Origin: Alphaproteobacteria bacterium
Lineage (GTDB): Bacteria > Pseudomonadota > Alphaproteobacteria > Rhizobiales > Hyphomicrobiaceae
NCBI GenBank assembly: GCA_018830445.1
Contig: JAHJSN010000036.1
Location: forward strand, 2,096 to 66,095
Length of the DNA: 64,000 nt
Direction: 5' to 3'
In this document: in pieces, positions 29,850 to 37,596 of the stretch
Position numbering within the stretch: the first letter of the stretch is position 1
Layout: every line of letters starts with the position of its first letter
Notes under the pieces: model-generated
The model's database searches: none
What the model was told of the DNA's origin: nothing
What the model saw: the letters and a program-made list of their open reading frames with translations, nothing else
Program-made: the position numbers and the translations under genes

Positions 29850-31334
29850 CTAGAGGATCACATCGTCATCATCGATGAGGTTATGATCGACATTGACGAG
29901 CCTGACGCCGCTGCCCCCGTAGGAAACGATGGTATCAGCCCCATCGTCGTTGATGGAAAGCTGTCTGACCGAGTTGAGGCCGGCGACCCTGCTCAAGTCC
30001 AGAAGATCCTCACCGACGGTGAAATTGACGATCCTGTCGAACCCCCAGCGGCCTGCGAAAACCGCCATATCGATCCCGCTGCTAAACACGTGGAGATCGT
30101 TGCCAGCGCCGCCGAGCAGGACATCGTTTCCGCCTCCCGCGAACAATCGGTCGGCGCCGCCGCCGCCCACCAGCCTGTCATTGCCCGACTGCCCCCTCAG
30201 GACGTCGTTTCCGGCCCCGCCAAAGAGCTGGTCGTGATCGTTTCCGCCGACCAGAATGTCATTGCCATGCGCCCCGAAAAGCCGGTCGTTGCCTGCCTGC
30301 CCGAACAGTTGATCTATTCCGACAGCGCCGCTGAGCCTATCATCGCCGTTATTGCCGAAAAGGCGATCATTGCCTGCCAGACCATTGACCACATCGTTCC
30401 CGTCACCGGCCTGGATGACGTTTCGAACCTGGTTGCCGATAATTACATCTCTCGCCGATCCACCCGTGGCGTTTTCGATGATCACGCCGTTGGCTATGGT
30501 AAAGCCGCCATAGACCCCCTCCGCGCTGGAAAGCCTTCCCCCGGCATAAGCATCGCCACTGCGTAGCGACGCAGCACGCAAATCGATGGTCGATTCTTCA
30601 TCGCCGCCGTAGACGATGCTGTCGCGTCCACCGCTATCCCAGATTGTTTCGTAGAAGGTGCCGACGTCATTCCCCTCAGGCAGTCGGTAGGTATCGTTTC
30701 CTGTTCGGTAGCTATTGTTGGCGCCATACATCTTCTGGATCGCATGGATGTCGAAGGCCATCGGCCCTCCCGACCAGCCGTAACCGGGAGTGACATCAGG
30801 ATCCAGATTATCAGCGAGCCGCCCGTCATTATATCCCATGACGGTATAGAGGCCCTGGTTATGGCCGAACCTGCCGCTATCGAATTGGTTGTCGACTCCC
30901 GGAAAGAGCCCGGATCCGCCTATGCGGTCGTGCGTGTGAGCCATGCCCAAGCCGTGACCGACTTCGTGCAGGATCGTCACGAATCCGTAGCCGCCCTTCT
31001 CAAGGCCGCCATTTACGTTGGCGTAATCCCACCCCGTGCCCTCGTAGTTGAAGTAACCTTGCTGCTGGCCGCCCCACGGCATTTCGAACGAACCAAGCGT
31101 ATCTGACCCAACCACCGAGTTGTCGACGTTATGCAGGATGAAGTCCGCAATCGAGGCATTCGCCGTCTGCACGAAGTGGATATTGGCAACGTTCGACCAT
31201 TGCGACAGCGCGATCGAAAACTGCGCTTTCTCATATGAATTCCAGAGAAAATAGTCATCGCTGAAGTGATACGAGATCGTATTGCTTGACACCCGATCAC
31301 CGCTGTCGAGCGCCTCGTAATATACATTTGCCAT
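29850..31334 (-). CDS. Serralysin-family zinc metalloprotease with RTX calcium-binding repeats
   Basis: Metzincin site HEVGHGLGMAHTH, a Met-turn-like TVMGY, then more than 10 GGxGxD-type nonapeptides (GNDRLFGNNGDDRL...GGAGNDVL...) and an acidic-hydrophobic C-terminus (DDDDVIL) typical of T1SS substrates. Confidence 0.9.
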   Translation of the reverse strand: MANVYYEALDSGDRVSSNTISYHFSDDYFLWNSYEKAQFSIALSQWSNVANIHFVQTANASIADFILHNVDNSVVGSDTLGSFEMPWGGQQQGYFNYEGTGWDYANVNGGLEKGGYGFVTILHEVGHGLGMAHTHDRIGGSGLFPGVDNQFDSGRFGHNQGLYTVMGYNDGRLADNLDPDVTPGYGWSGGPMAFDIHAIQKMYGANNSYRTGNDTYRLPEGNDVGTFYETIWDSGGRDSIVYGGDEESTIDLRAASLRSGDAYAGGRLSSAEGVYGGFTIANGVIIENATGGSARDVIIGNQVRNVIQAGDGNDVVNGLAGNDRLFGNNGDDRLSGAVGIDQLFGQAGNDRLFGAHGNDILVGGNDHDQLFGGAGNDVLRGQSGNDRLVGGGGADRLFAGGGNDVLLGGAGNDLHVFSSGIDMAVFAGRWGFDRIVNFTVGEDLLDLSRVAGLNSVRQLSINDDGADTIVSYGGSGVRLVNVDHNLIDDDDVIL

Positions 31335-31585
31335 GTCTCGCCCTCGGTTTTCTGCGTCTCTTCCTGGCGGACCGTTTCCGCTTGGGGTCGAAACGTCACA
31401 TTAGCTCAGCGATGCTTTAAACCGGCCCTTCAATCGCGAAAGCCCTGCCAGCCAGACACCACTCCCAAACAGGAAATGCGGAGGCTTCCACCACCAATAC
31501 TCGACGAACGCTGTTTGAAGAAAGTCTGCAACCTGCAAAAGACTTGATCACAGCGACCCCTTGACACCGAATCGCACGATCAACA

Positions 31586-32608
31586 TTAGCATTCCGTTAG
31601 CACACGTGCGACCTCCGGGCGATCCGGCGCAGCGCATCCGTATGTCGAATCCGGATATCGCAACTTCTTCGCGAACCGAGAAGCCATCGAATTCCTCGCG
31701 ATGGCTGCAAAATCCCGCTTCGAGAAGCCGAACGCCTGTTCGACGAGGGCGAACTCGCTTGCCATGTCGCAATCGAACGCGCCTGGATCGTCTGTGTTGA
31801 TGCTGAAATTCATTGCAAGATCGCGGGCCCGGCCGACCGGATGGCAGGCCATGTCGCGGACCGCACCCATTTTCAGGTTGCTGGTCGGGCAGAATTCGAT
31901 GTGAACGTTCTCCTCGCGCAGGCGCTCGATGAGACGGTCATCCTGAAAAGCGGCGATGCCGTGCCCGATCCTGTCGGCACGCCCGACATCGAGCGCTTCG
32001 GCAACTTCATCTGGTCCACCCAATTCGCCTGCGTGAATCTCTATCCCCAGCCCGCAATCCTTGAGCGCGTCGAACATGCGCATGAATCGCGTCACCGGAC
32101 GGTCCCGTTCCAGCCCGGCAATGGATATCCCGCAGATCCCGCCGGTTTCCGCGAGCGCAACGCAGCGAGCTATGTCCTTGTCGATGAGATCGTCGGGTAG
32201 GCTGCGCGGAATGAGGAACAGGAACTCGACCTGCACTTGCCCGCGCTCACACGCCGTCGCCCGCTCCCTGAATTCCGCGAACTGGTCGACCATTTCCGCG
32301 AGATCGCGCGAGAACATCGTCGGCGAGATCATCATCTCCGCATAGACGACGCCTTGCCGGCAGAGCGTTGCCATGTGCTGATCGAGGACCGGGAGATACC
32401 GGCGCCAATCCGCGCTCTTGTAGTGTTCGACGCGAACCAGCCAGTCCGCGAACCCCTGCGGACCTTCTTCGAACCCCACCGGCCGCAGCCGTTCGGGATC
32501 GGCCAGCAGCTGCTCACCCGTGGTTTCCAGCCGACGCAGGAGTTCCGCGTTCAGCGTCCCGATCAGATGGCAGTGGAGTTCAATTTTAGGTACCGCTTCA
32601 TGGACCAT
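31586..32608 (-). CDS. Adenosine/adenine deaminase-fold metallohydrolase
   Basis: IELHCHLIG (HxH), IEIHAGE, RIGHG and SINTDDPGAF are the adenosine deaminase superfamily catalytic motifs. The start was set at ATG 32608 (MVHEAVPK), 46 nt inside the preceding gene. The longer 432-aa ORF-track version is R-rich and looks non-coding. Confidence 0.85.
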   Translation of the reverse strand: MVHEAVPKIELHCHLIGTLNAELLRRLETTGEQLLADPERLRPVGFEEGPQGFADWLVRVEHYKSADWRRYLPVLDQHMATLCRQGVVYAEMMISPTMFSRDLAEMVDQFAEFRERATACERGQVQVEFLFLIPRSLPDDLIDKDIARCVALAETGGICGISIAGLERDRPVTRFMRMFDALKDCGLGIEIHAGELGGPDEVAEALDVGRADRIGHGIAAFQDDRLIERLREENVHIEFCPTSNLKMGAVRDMACHPVGRARDLAMNFSINTDDPGAFDCDMASEFALVEQAFGFSKRDFAAIARNSMASRFAKKLRYPDSTYGCAAPDRPEVARVLTEC

Positions 32609-34053
32609 TTGTCGCCCTTCGGGTTCATCGGCGGAACGATATCGACATAGCCGTCCTGGGAGACGATGAAGATCATCGACGGATACTTGCTGCTGGTTAC
32701 GTAGTTGGCAGCCGAGTTGTAGCGTCCGCCGCGCTGCCAGGTGCCGCTCGGTGTCGAGCCCCCGTCCATGATCGCGCCGACCGCATGCACGTTCCCCTCG
32801 ACATCGGCGATCAGCGTTCCGTCGATCGCCGTCAGCTGCGTCGTTACTTCCGGTGTCAACGCCACCGGACGGATCGGAATGCATTGCGAAGACAGCCGTT
32901 GCGCTTCATGCCGCGCGCCCGGAGTGAACAGGATGTTGGTCCCAACCGGCTGCTCTGCTGCGATCGTCGCGATGTTCCAAAGCGTTTCCAGCCCCACGGC
33001 ATCGACCATCGGCAGGCATTTCTTCACGTGCGCCTGGAAAACGTCCTTGGTGAGAATCCGGTCGACCTCCACCGGCGTGCCATAGGAGACCATCCCAAGC
33101 AGCTGTTCGCCGCGCTGCATGGTCCAGATGCCACGCCCCTTGAACAGGATCTGGTGGCATTCCTGGATCTGGTCGAAATCGACAAAGCCATAGAAGTAGT
33201 CGCCATCGAACAAGAGCGCGAACTGCTGGGAAGCCATTTCGATGAGCTTGCGCGCACCGGTATTGTGCGACAGGTGGATAGGCCGCCGGAACTCGATGCT
33301 CGGCTTGATATTGGCGCTACCCCGCTTTGCCAGCACGATATATCCAGCGCCTGCGCGCCCCTCGTACTGCGCCGCCGCCAGGTCGCAGCACAATTCATAG
33401 AGGCCGTAATTCATCCGGCCTGTCGCTTCCTGGGAAAGTTTCTGCAGGTAGAGCTGGGCTGCCGCCCGCGACAAGAGATCGGGAGCGAGCCCGAAGAACG
33501 TGTCCGAATGGCGCGGCGACAGGCAGTACTGCAACGAAACGTAGACCAGCGCATCGAACAGCCGCTTGATCTCGAAAGGACGAGGTTTTCCGCGAGCCTC
33601 TTGAGCATCGTTCGATGTGTCCGTTCCGGCTACCGGCTCACGCCGGGAAATGAGGAACCCCACAGTACGGTGATCGATATCGGTCCGCGTCGACTTGTAG
33701 ACGAACTCGCCTTGCTCGCAGCCAATCTCGAGCCCATCGAAGTAACCCAGAATCGCTTCCTCGATAGCCGGATCGCGCTCATCCTCGCACGACACGAGCT
33801 CTATGCACTTGCTGTTGGCGGCCCGCTTCCTGCGGCTGGACTCGATGAAGACGGGAGTCGTATCGACGCTGGATGCGATCTGGACCCCATCCGAATCGTG
33901 GATCATCACGACGAAGGTGATGTCGCAATCCGCATTGAACTTGACCAGAAGGCTTCGAACTTGCTCGAAAGACTCCAGCGATACCAGGATGCGCTTACCC
34001 GCCGACGGCGCCTGCGGCTGCCGCTGCGGCCTTGTTTCCGGTTCTTTCAACAC
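32563..34053 (-). CDS. Uncharacterised 496-aa protein with a C-terminal DisA_N/diadenylate-cyclase-like (DAC-like) module
   Basis: The C-terminal 110 aa align by eye to the DAC core: TAIDGTLIADVEGNVHAVGAIMDG (DGA segment), GGRYNSAANYV (GTRHRAA segment) and SMIFIVSQDGYVDIV (VSEETG segment). I recognise nothing in the N-terminal 350 aa. GTG start. Confidence 0.55.
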   Translation of the reverse strand: MLKEPETRPQRQPQAPSAGKRILVSLESFEQVRSLLVKFNADCDITFVVMIHDSDGVQIASSVDTTPVFIESSRRKRAANSKCIELVSCEDERDPAIEEAILGYFDGLEIGCEQGEFVYKSTRTDIDHRTVGFLISRREPVAGTDTSNDAQEARGKPRPFEIKRLFDALVYVSLQYCLSPRHSDTFFGLAPDLLSRAAAQLYLQKLSQEATGRMNYGLYELCCDLAAAQYEGRAGAGYIVLAKRGSANIKPSIEFRRPIHLSHNTGARKLIEMASQQFALLFDGDYFYGFVDFDQIQECHQILFKGRGIWTMQRGEQLLGMVSYGTPVEVDRILTKDVFQAHVKKCLPMVDAVGLETLWNIATIAAEQPVGTNILFTPGARHEAQRLSSQCIPIRPVALTPEVTTQLTAIDGTLIADVEGNVHAVGAIMDGGSTPSGTWQRGGRYNSAANYVTSSKYPSMIFIVSQDGYVDIVPPMNPKGDKWSMKRYLKLNSTAI

Positions 34054-34110
34054 GATTGACTATGCCTCATCTTTATACTGGCCACAGCGGCGTCACCTTG
34101 CCCATCGCCC

Positions 34111-34995
34111 TCATGCCGGAGCCATGATATCGCGGAAATCCCCGCCGCCGGCGACATACATGTCCTCGAGCTTTGGCAGCGTCTTGAACTTCGCATTTCC
34201 GAACCACGCCGCCCCATTGACATCGACCTCCCTCATATCGACGAGTTCAAGAAAGCTTGCACCTTCGAAGCCGCAGGTTTTCTGAAACATCGCACGCGAG
34301 AACGAAGCCGGCCCGGAGAACTCGCAATTGGTGAACGCCGCCGAGTCGCCGAATCGCGCATCGGAGAATTCGGCCGAGTTGATCTTGGAGTCCGTAAACC
34401 ATGCGCCGCGCGCAAAATCGATGGACTCGAACATTGCTTGCCCGAGGATTTGCGATTGCCGGAATTGCCCCGGCTGCATGAATACTGAGTTCGCAAAATC
34501 GGCAAGACCGTAGAAGGTTGCCCGCTCGAAACTGGCTTCCCCCATGAACGAGACCTGGCGGAAAACCGCCGAACCGTAGAACGTCGAGCCCTGGAACCAG
34601 CAGTCGGCCTCGAATTCGCTTCCGCAGAAATCGGCACGTCCAGGAAACACCAGGGCAGCGAAATCGACGTCCTCGGTAAACCGCGTTCCCGAGAAGTTGG
34701 CGATTGCAAGCGCATCGCACACGGCAACCAGCGCCGGATCGCTTCCTGCGAGACCGCGCACCTCAAGCATATTCTGCGACCAGGAATTCCATGCCGCGCG
34801 CCCCGCCGCGAACCGGCCCATCGTTGCAAGACGCTGCTCGAAATGGGCCTTCTCCGAGATCGGGCCGATATCGCCGAGCAGAGCCCGGGCAAGCTGTACG
34901 ATGTCGTCCCCGTAGTCTGTATTGTCGACCCACGGGTTGAGGAGCTTCAACTCCGCGACGACCGTTGAATTACGCTGTGGATTGAACTTTGTCAT
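34111..34995 (-). CDS. Pentapeptide-repeat protein
   Basis: About 35 consecutive A(D/N)LxF-type pentapeptides (ANFSGTRFTEDVDFAALVFPGRADFCGSEFEADCWFQGSTFYGSAVFRQVSF...) after a non-repeat N-terminal region of about 95 aa. Confidence 0.88.
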   Translation of the reverse strand: MTKFNPQRNSTVVAELKLLNPWVDNTDYGDDIVQLARALLGDIGPISEKAHFEQRLATMGRFAAGRAAWNSWSQNMLEVRGLAGSDPALVAVCDALAIANFSGTRFTEDVDFAALVFPGRADFCGSEFEADCWFQGSTFYGSAVFRQVSFMGEASFERATFYGLADFANSVFMQPGQFRQSQILGQAMFESIDFARGAWFTDSKINSAEFSDARFGDSAAFTNCEFSGPASFSRAMFQKTCGFEGASFLELVDMREVDVNGAAWFGNAKFKTLPKLEDMYVAGGGDFRDIMAPA

Positions 34996-35309
34996 CGGCC
35001 TGGCTGATCCAACTCTTCGAGTTTGCCCGAGAGTTCAAGTCAGCACCAAGCAATCGACGCTGGAACCGGGACCAGTTCGTTTCAATTTGCATCAAAACGA
35101 AATGCACCTTTCAACTCTCGAACGTCACCGCCGTAAGCTCTCCCATTGGTGGATGAGTTGCGTCGGACATTCCAGTTGAACGGTAATTGGTCTGCGTAAA
35201 GATACCGCTAAGTTTAACGGGAAAAGGCGTTTGATTAACCTCTTCTGGAGACCGTCGAATCTGTCCCGGAAAGACTGCAAGCTCAACACTCTATCAAGCC
35301 GCCTGCTTT

Positions 35310-36419
35310 TCAATTCATCGACCTCCGCCGCACCAGAACCTTCGCCAGGAACGCCAGAACTTCCCCGCTTGGCTTGAGCCCTGCCTCCGCAAACATGTTT
35401 TCCAGATCGTCGGTCACGAAGCTGCTGAAAAAGGGTTCGTGGAATCGCACCGGAAAGGCTTCCAGTAGTCCGTCCCAGTTCGGCTTGTCGCCCATCTGCA
35501 GACTATCGATGAATACGAAAAGTCCGCCCGGCTTCAGCACCCGGCAAATCTCGCGCGTCACCACCCGGCGCACCTCGGAAGGCAACTCGTGATAAAGAAA
35601 AATGCAGGTGACGATATCCTGGCTCGCGTCCTCGAACGGCAGCTTCTCCGCGTTCGCGAATACGAACCGGGCCGCTCGCAACCGCCCCATGTGCCCGCGA
35701 GCCTCCTCAAGATAGGGTTCGCTCAAATCGCAACCTGTCAGGCGCATTGCCGGATAGGCGCGTCTCACATCGCGCAGGAATCGCCCGGTACCGCAGGCCA
35801 CATCGAGAAGTCGAATGCGGCGCTGATCCCGCCCCCGCATGAATTCCGCGATTGGCCGCAGACCCGCCCGGCGCATTGCCGCCGCCGCTCCATAAAACAG
35901 CGTCTCCACTTGCACGTCGTATAGCCGCGCGGAACTCTCGGTGAGATAGCCGCCCGTCTGAAAATGAAAATCCTGCGTGAAGTAATCGGGCAACTGGCTG
36001 GCGTGTGGCAGGTCATTGTTTTGGTTCGCCACGGATCGTGCACTTCCAGCATCTCTTCCGACGCGCCGGGAAACCACCTCGGAAGAGTCGACGAACATCG
36101 CGCGCAATCGGCTGAGATACTCGACAGGTCGAAGCGCTTCTTCGTCACCCGGCGGATAAAGCCCCTCCGCCACGGCTCTGGCGTCGTGGCGCAACAACGC
36201 ACGCACATCGCCGAGCAGTTCCTCGCGGCCTGGAACCGGAAGTGAGGGTGAAAACTCGGCAGGCGCCGAGGTTCGTCCGAACTGCCGCCGCAGCATCAAA
36301 TTGACACCGCTATACCAGGTCATCCGCGCGACGTTCCCAGCAAGCTGCACCGCCATGCGCAACCGATCCGAGGGACTGAAAGAAACCGCTGCGCTATCTT
36401 GGTCCATCCCGCGATCCAT
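35310..36419 (-). CDS. Class I SAM-dependent methyltransferase
   Basis: Motif I LLDVACGTGRFL, post-I DLSEPYL and LKPGGLFVFID. The start was set at the internal ATG 36419, because the first 40 codons of the ORF overlap a 15-bp-arm hairpin and look non-coding. Confidence 0.8.
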   Translation of the reverse strand: MDRGMDQDSAAVSFSPSDRLRMAVQLAGNVARMTWYSGVNLMLRRQFGRTSAPAEFSPSLPVPGREELLGDVRALLRHDARAVAEGLYPPGDEEALRPVEYLSRLRAMFVDSSEVVSRRVGRDAGSARSVANQNNDLPHASQLPDYFTQDFHFQTGGYLTESSARLYDVQVETLFYGAAAAMRRAGLRPIAEFMRGRDQRRIRLLDVACGTGRFLRDVRRAYPAMRLTGCDLSEPYLEEARGHMGRLRAARFVFANAEKLPFEDASQDIVTCIFLYHELPSEVRRVVTREICRVLKPGGLFVFIDSLQMGDKPNWDGLLEAFPVRFHEPFFSSFVTDDLENMFAEAGLKPSGEVLAFLAKVLVRRRSMN

Positions 36420-36461
36420 CGCCAACTTATTGAAATTACCCTCAAACGCGCCGAGTGGCCT

Positions 36462-36514
36462 GTCTCGCCTAAATCGGTGTGCTGGCCGCAACCGCTGACG
36501 ATTTAGGCGAGACA
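36462..36514. other. Perfect 15-bp-arm stem-loop upstream of the methyltransferase gene
   Basis: GTCTCGCCTAAATCG (36462..36476) pairs with CGATTTAGGCGAGAC (36500..36514), with a 23-nt loop. Confidence 0.8.
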
Positions 36515-36723
36515 TGAAGGCCACTAGCGAAAACAATGGCTAAGTGTGTCGTTCAGCGCGCCTCAACTGACAACTCCTGTGCGGCACCAAAAGGTCAATT
36601 AAGGCGCGACGCCACACGAGCTCAAAGGATGAGAACCGTGACCATTTGGGCCAAAAACTTTCGCATAATCCTCATTTGTGCAATTGCTAAGATGCGCTGA
36701 ACAATAACGGAGTTCGCTTGAGA

Positions 36724-37428
36724 ATGCCACGCTACGCAAAAATCGTCATCCTGACCGGAGCCGGATTATCCGCAGAATCGGGACTGGCTACGTTCCGCGA
36801 TACCGGCGGCATCTGGGCCAAGTACGATTATCGCGACGTGGCGACCCCAGACGGCTTCCAGCGCAACCCCAACCTCGTCTATGATTTCTATAACATGCGC
36901 CGCCGCGAGAGCGCCAATGCCGCACCCAACGCCGCCCACGAAGCGCTGGCGCGCATTCAGCGCGATTACCCAGGCGACGTTCTCCTCGTCACCCAGAACA
37001 TCGACAATCTTCTGGAGCAGGCCGGAGCCGAAAAGATCATCCACATGCACGGCGAGATGACCAGGATGCTCTGCACGCATTGCGATGCGCGACTGCCGTG
37101 GGCCGCAGACCTTTCCCCCGACCTTGCCTGCCCGGAATGCGAATTGATCGGCGGCATGCGCCCGGCAGTCGTCTGGTTCGGAGAGGTTCCCTATGAGATG
37201 GCCCGCATCGCCAAAGCGCTCGGCGAATGCGACCTGTTCATATCTATCGGCACCAGCGGCAACGTCTACCCGGCGGCAAGTTTCGTCGCAGCCGCCAGCG
37301 AGGCAGGCGCACACACCGTCGAAATCAACCTGGAACCTTCGGACACGACAAACTATTTCGCCGAGCACCTGCACGGCCCCGCCACCGAAATTGTGCCGTC
37401 CTACATCGAGCGCCTGCTCGCCGGGTAG
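36724..37428 (+). CDS. cobB: NAD-dependent protein deacylase (sirtuin, CobB/Sir2 family)
   Basis: VILTGAGLSAESGLATFRD..GIW, QNIDNL, HG......C..C and a zinc ribbon C-x2-C...C-x2-C (CTHC...CPEC), then GTSG.VYPAA. Confidence 0.93.
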   Translation: MPRYAKIVILTGAGLSAESGLATFRDTGGIWAKYDYRDVATPDGFQRNPNLVYDFYNMRRRESANAAPNAAHEALARIQRDYPGDVLLVTQNIDNLLEQAGAEKIIHMHGEMTRMLCTHCDARLPWAADLSPDLACPECELIGGMRPAVVWFGEVPYEMARIAKALGECDLFISIGTSGNVYPAASFVAAASEAGAHTVEINLEPSDTTNYFAEHLHGPATEIVPSYIERLLAG

Positions 37429-37437
37429 CCGCGTCGT

Positions 37438-37586
37438 CCTAGACCATCCTGATCCGCTCCTCGTGTCTGGGGATAGGCCTCGCTCAAGCGAAGCAACCCC
37501 CGTTGCGCTCCATGCGCCTTAGTCGACACGTCGGGGCGGGTCACCACTCAAGTCACCCGTATCCCCAGCGGACATGATGGTCTAGG
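37438..37586. repeat. 149-bp element bounded by imperfect inverted repeats of about 20 bp (MITE/REP-like) between convergent genes
   Basis: Left end CCTAGACCATCCTGATCCGCT...CTGGGGATAGG. The right end is its near reverse complement ...CCGTATCCCCAGCGGACATGATGGTCTAGG. Confidence 0.8.
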
Positions 37587-37596
37587 CGCGCTGCAA

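Noticed and set aside
32785-34059. 424-aa plus-strand ORF opposite the DAC-like gene
   Set aside because: The strand choice was checked because the region matters. The minus-strand product has a balanced composition, DAC-like motifs and operon continuity with its neighbours. The plus-strand product is R/L/D-rich (for example RRRRLRLPLRP) with no motif.
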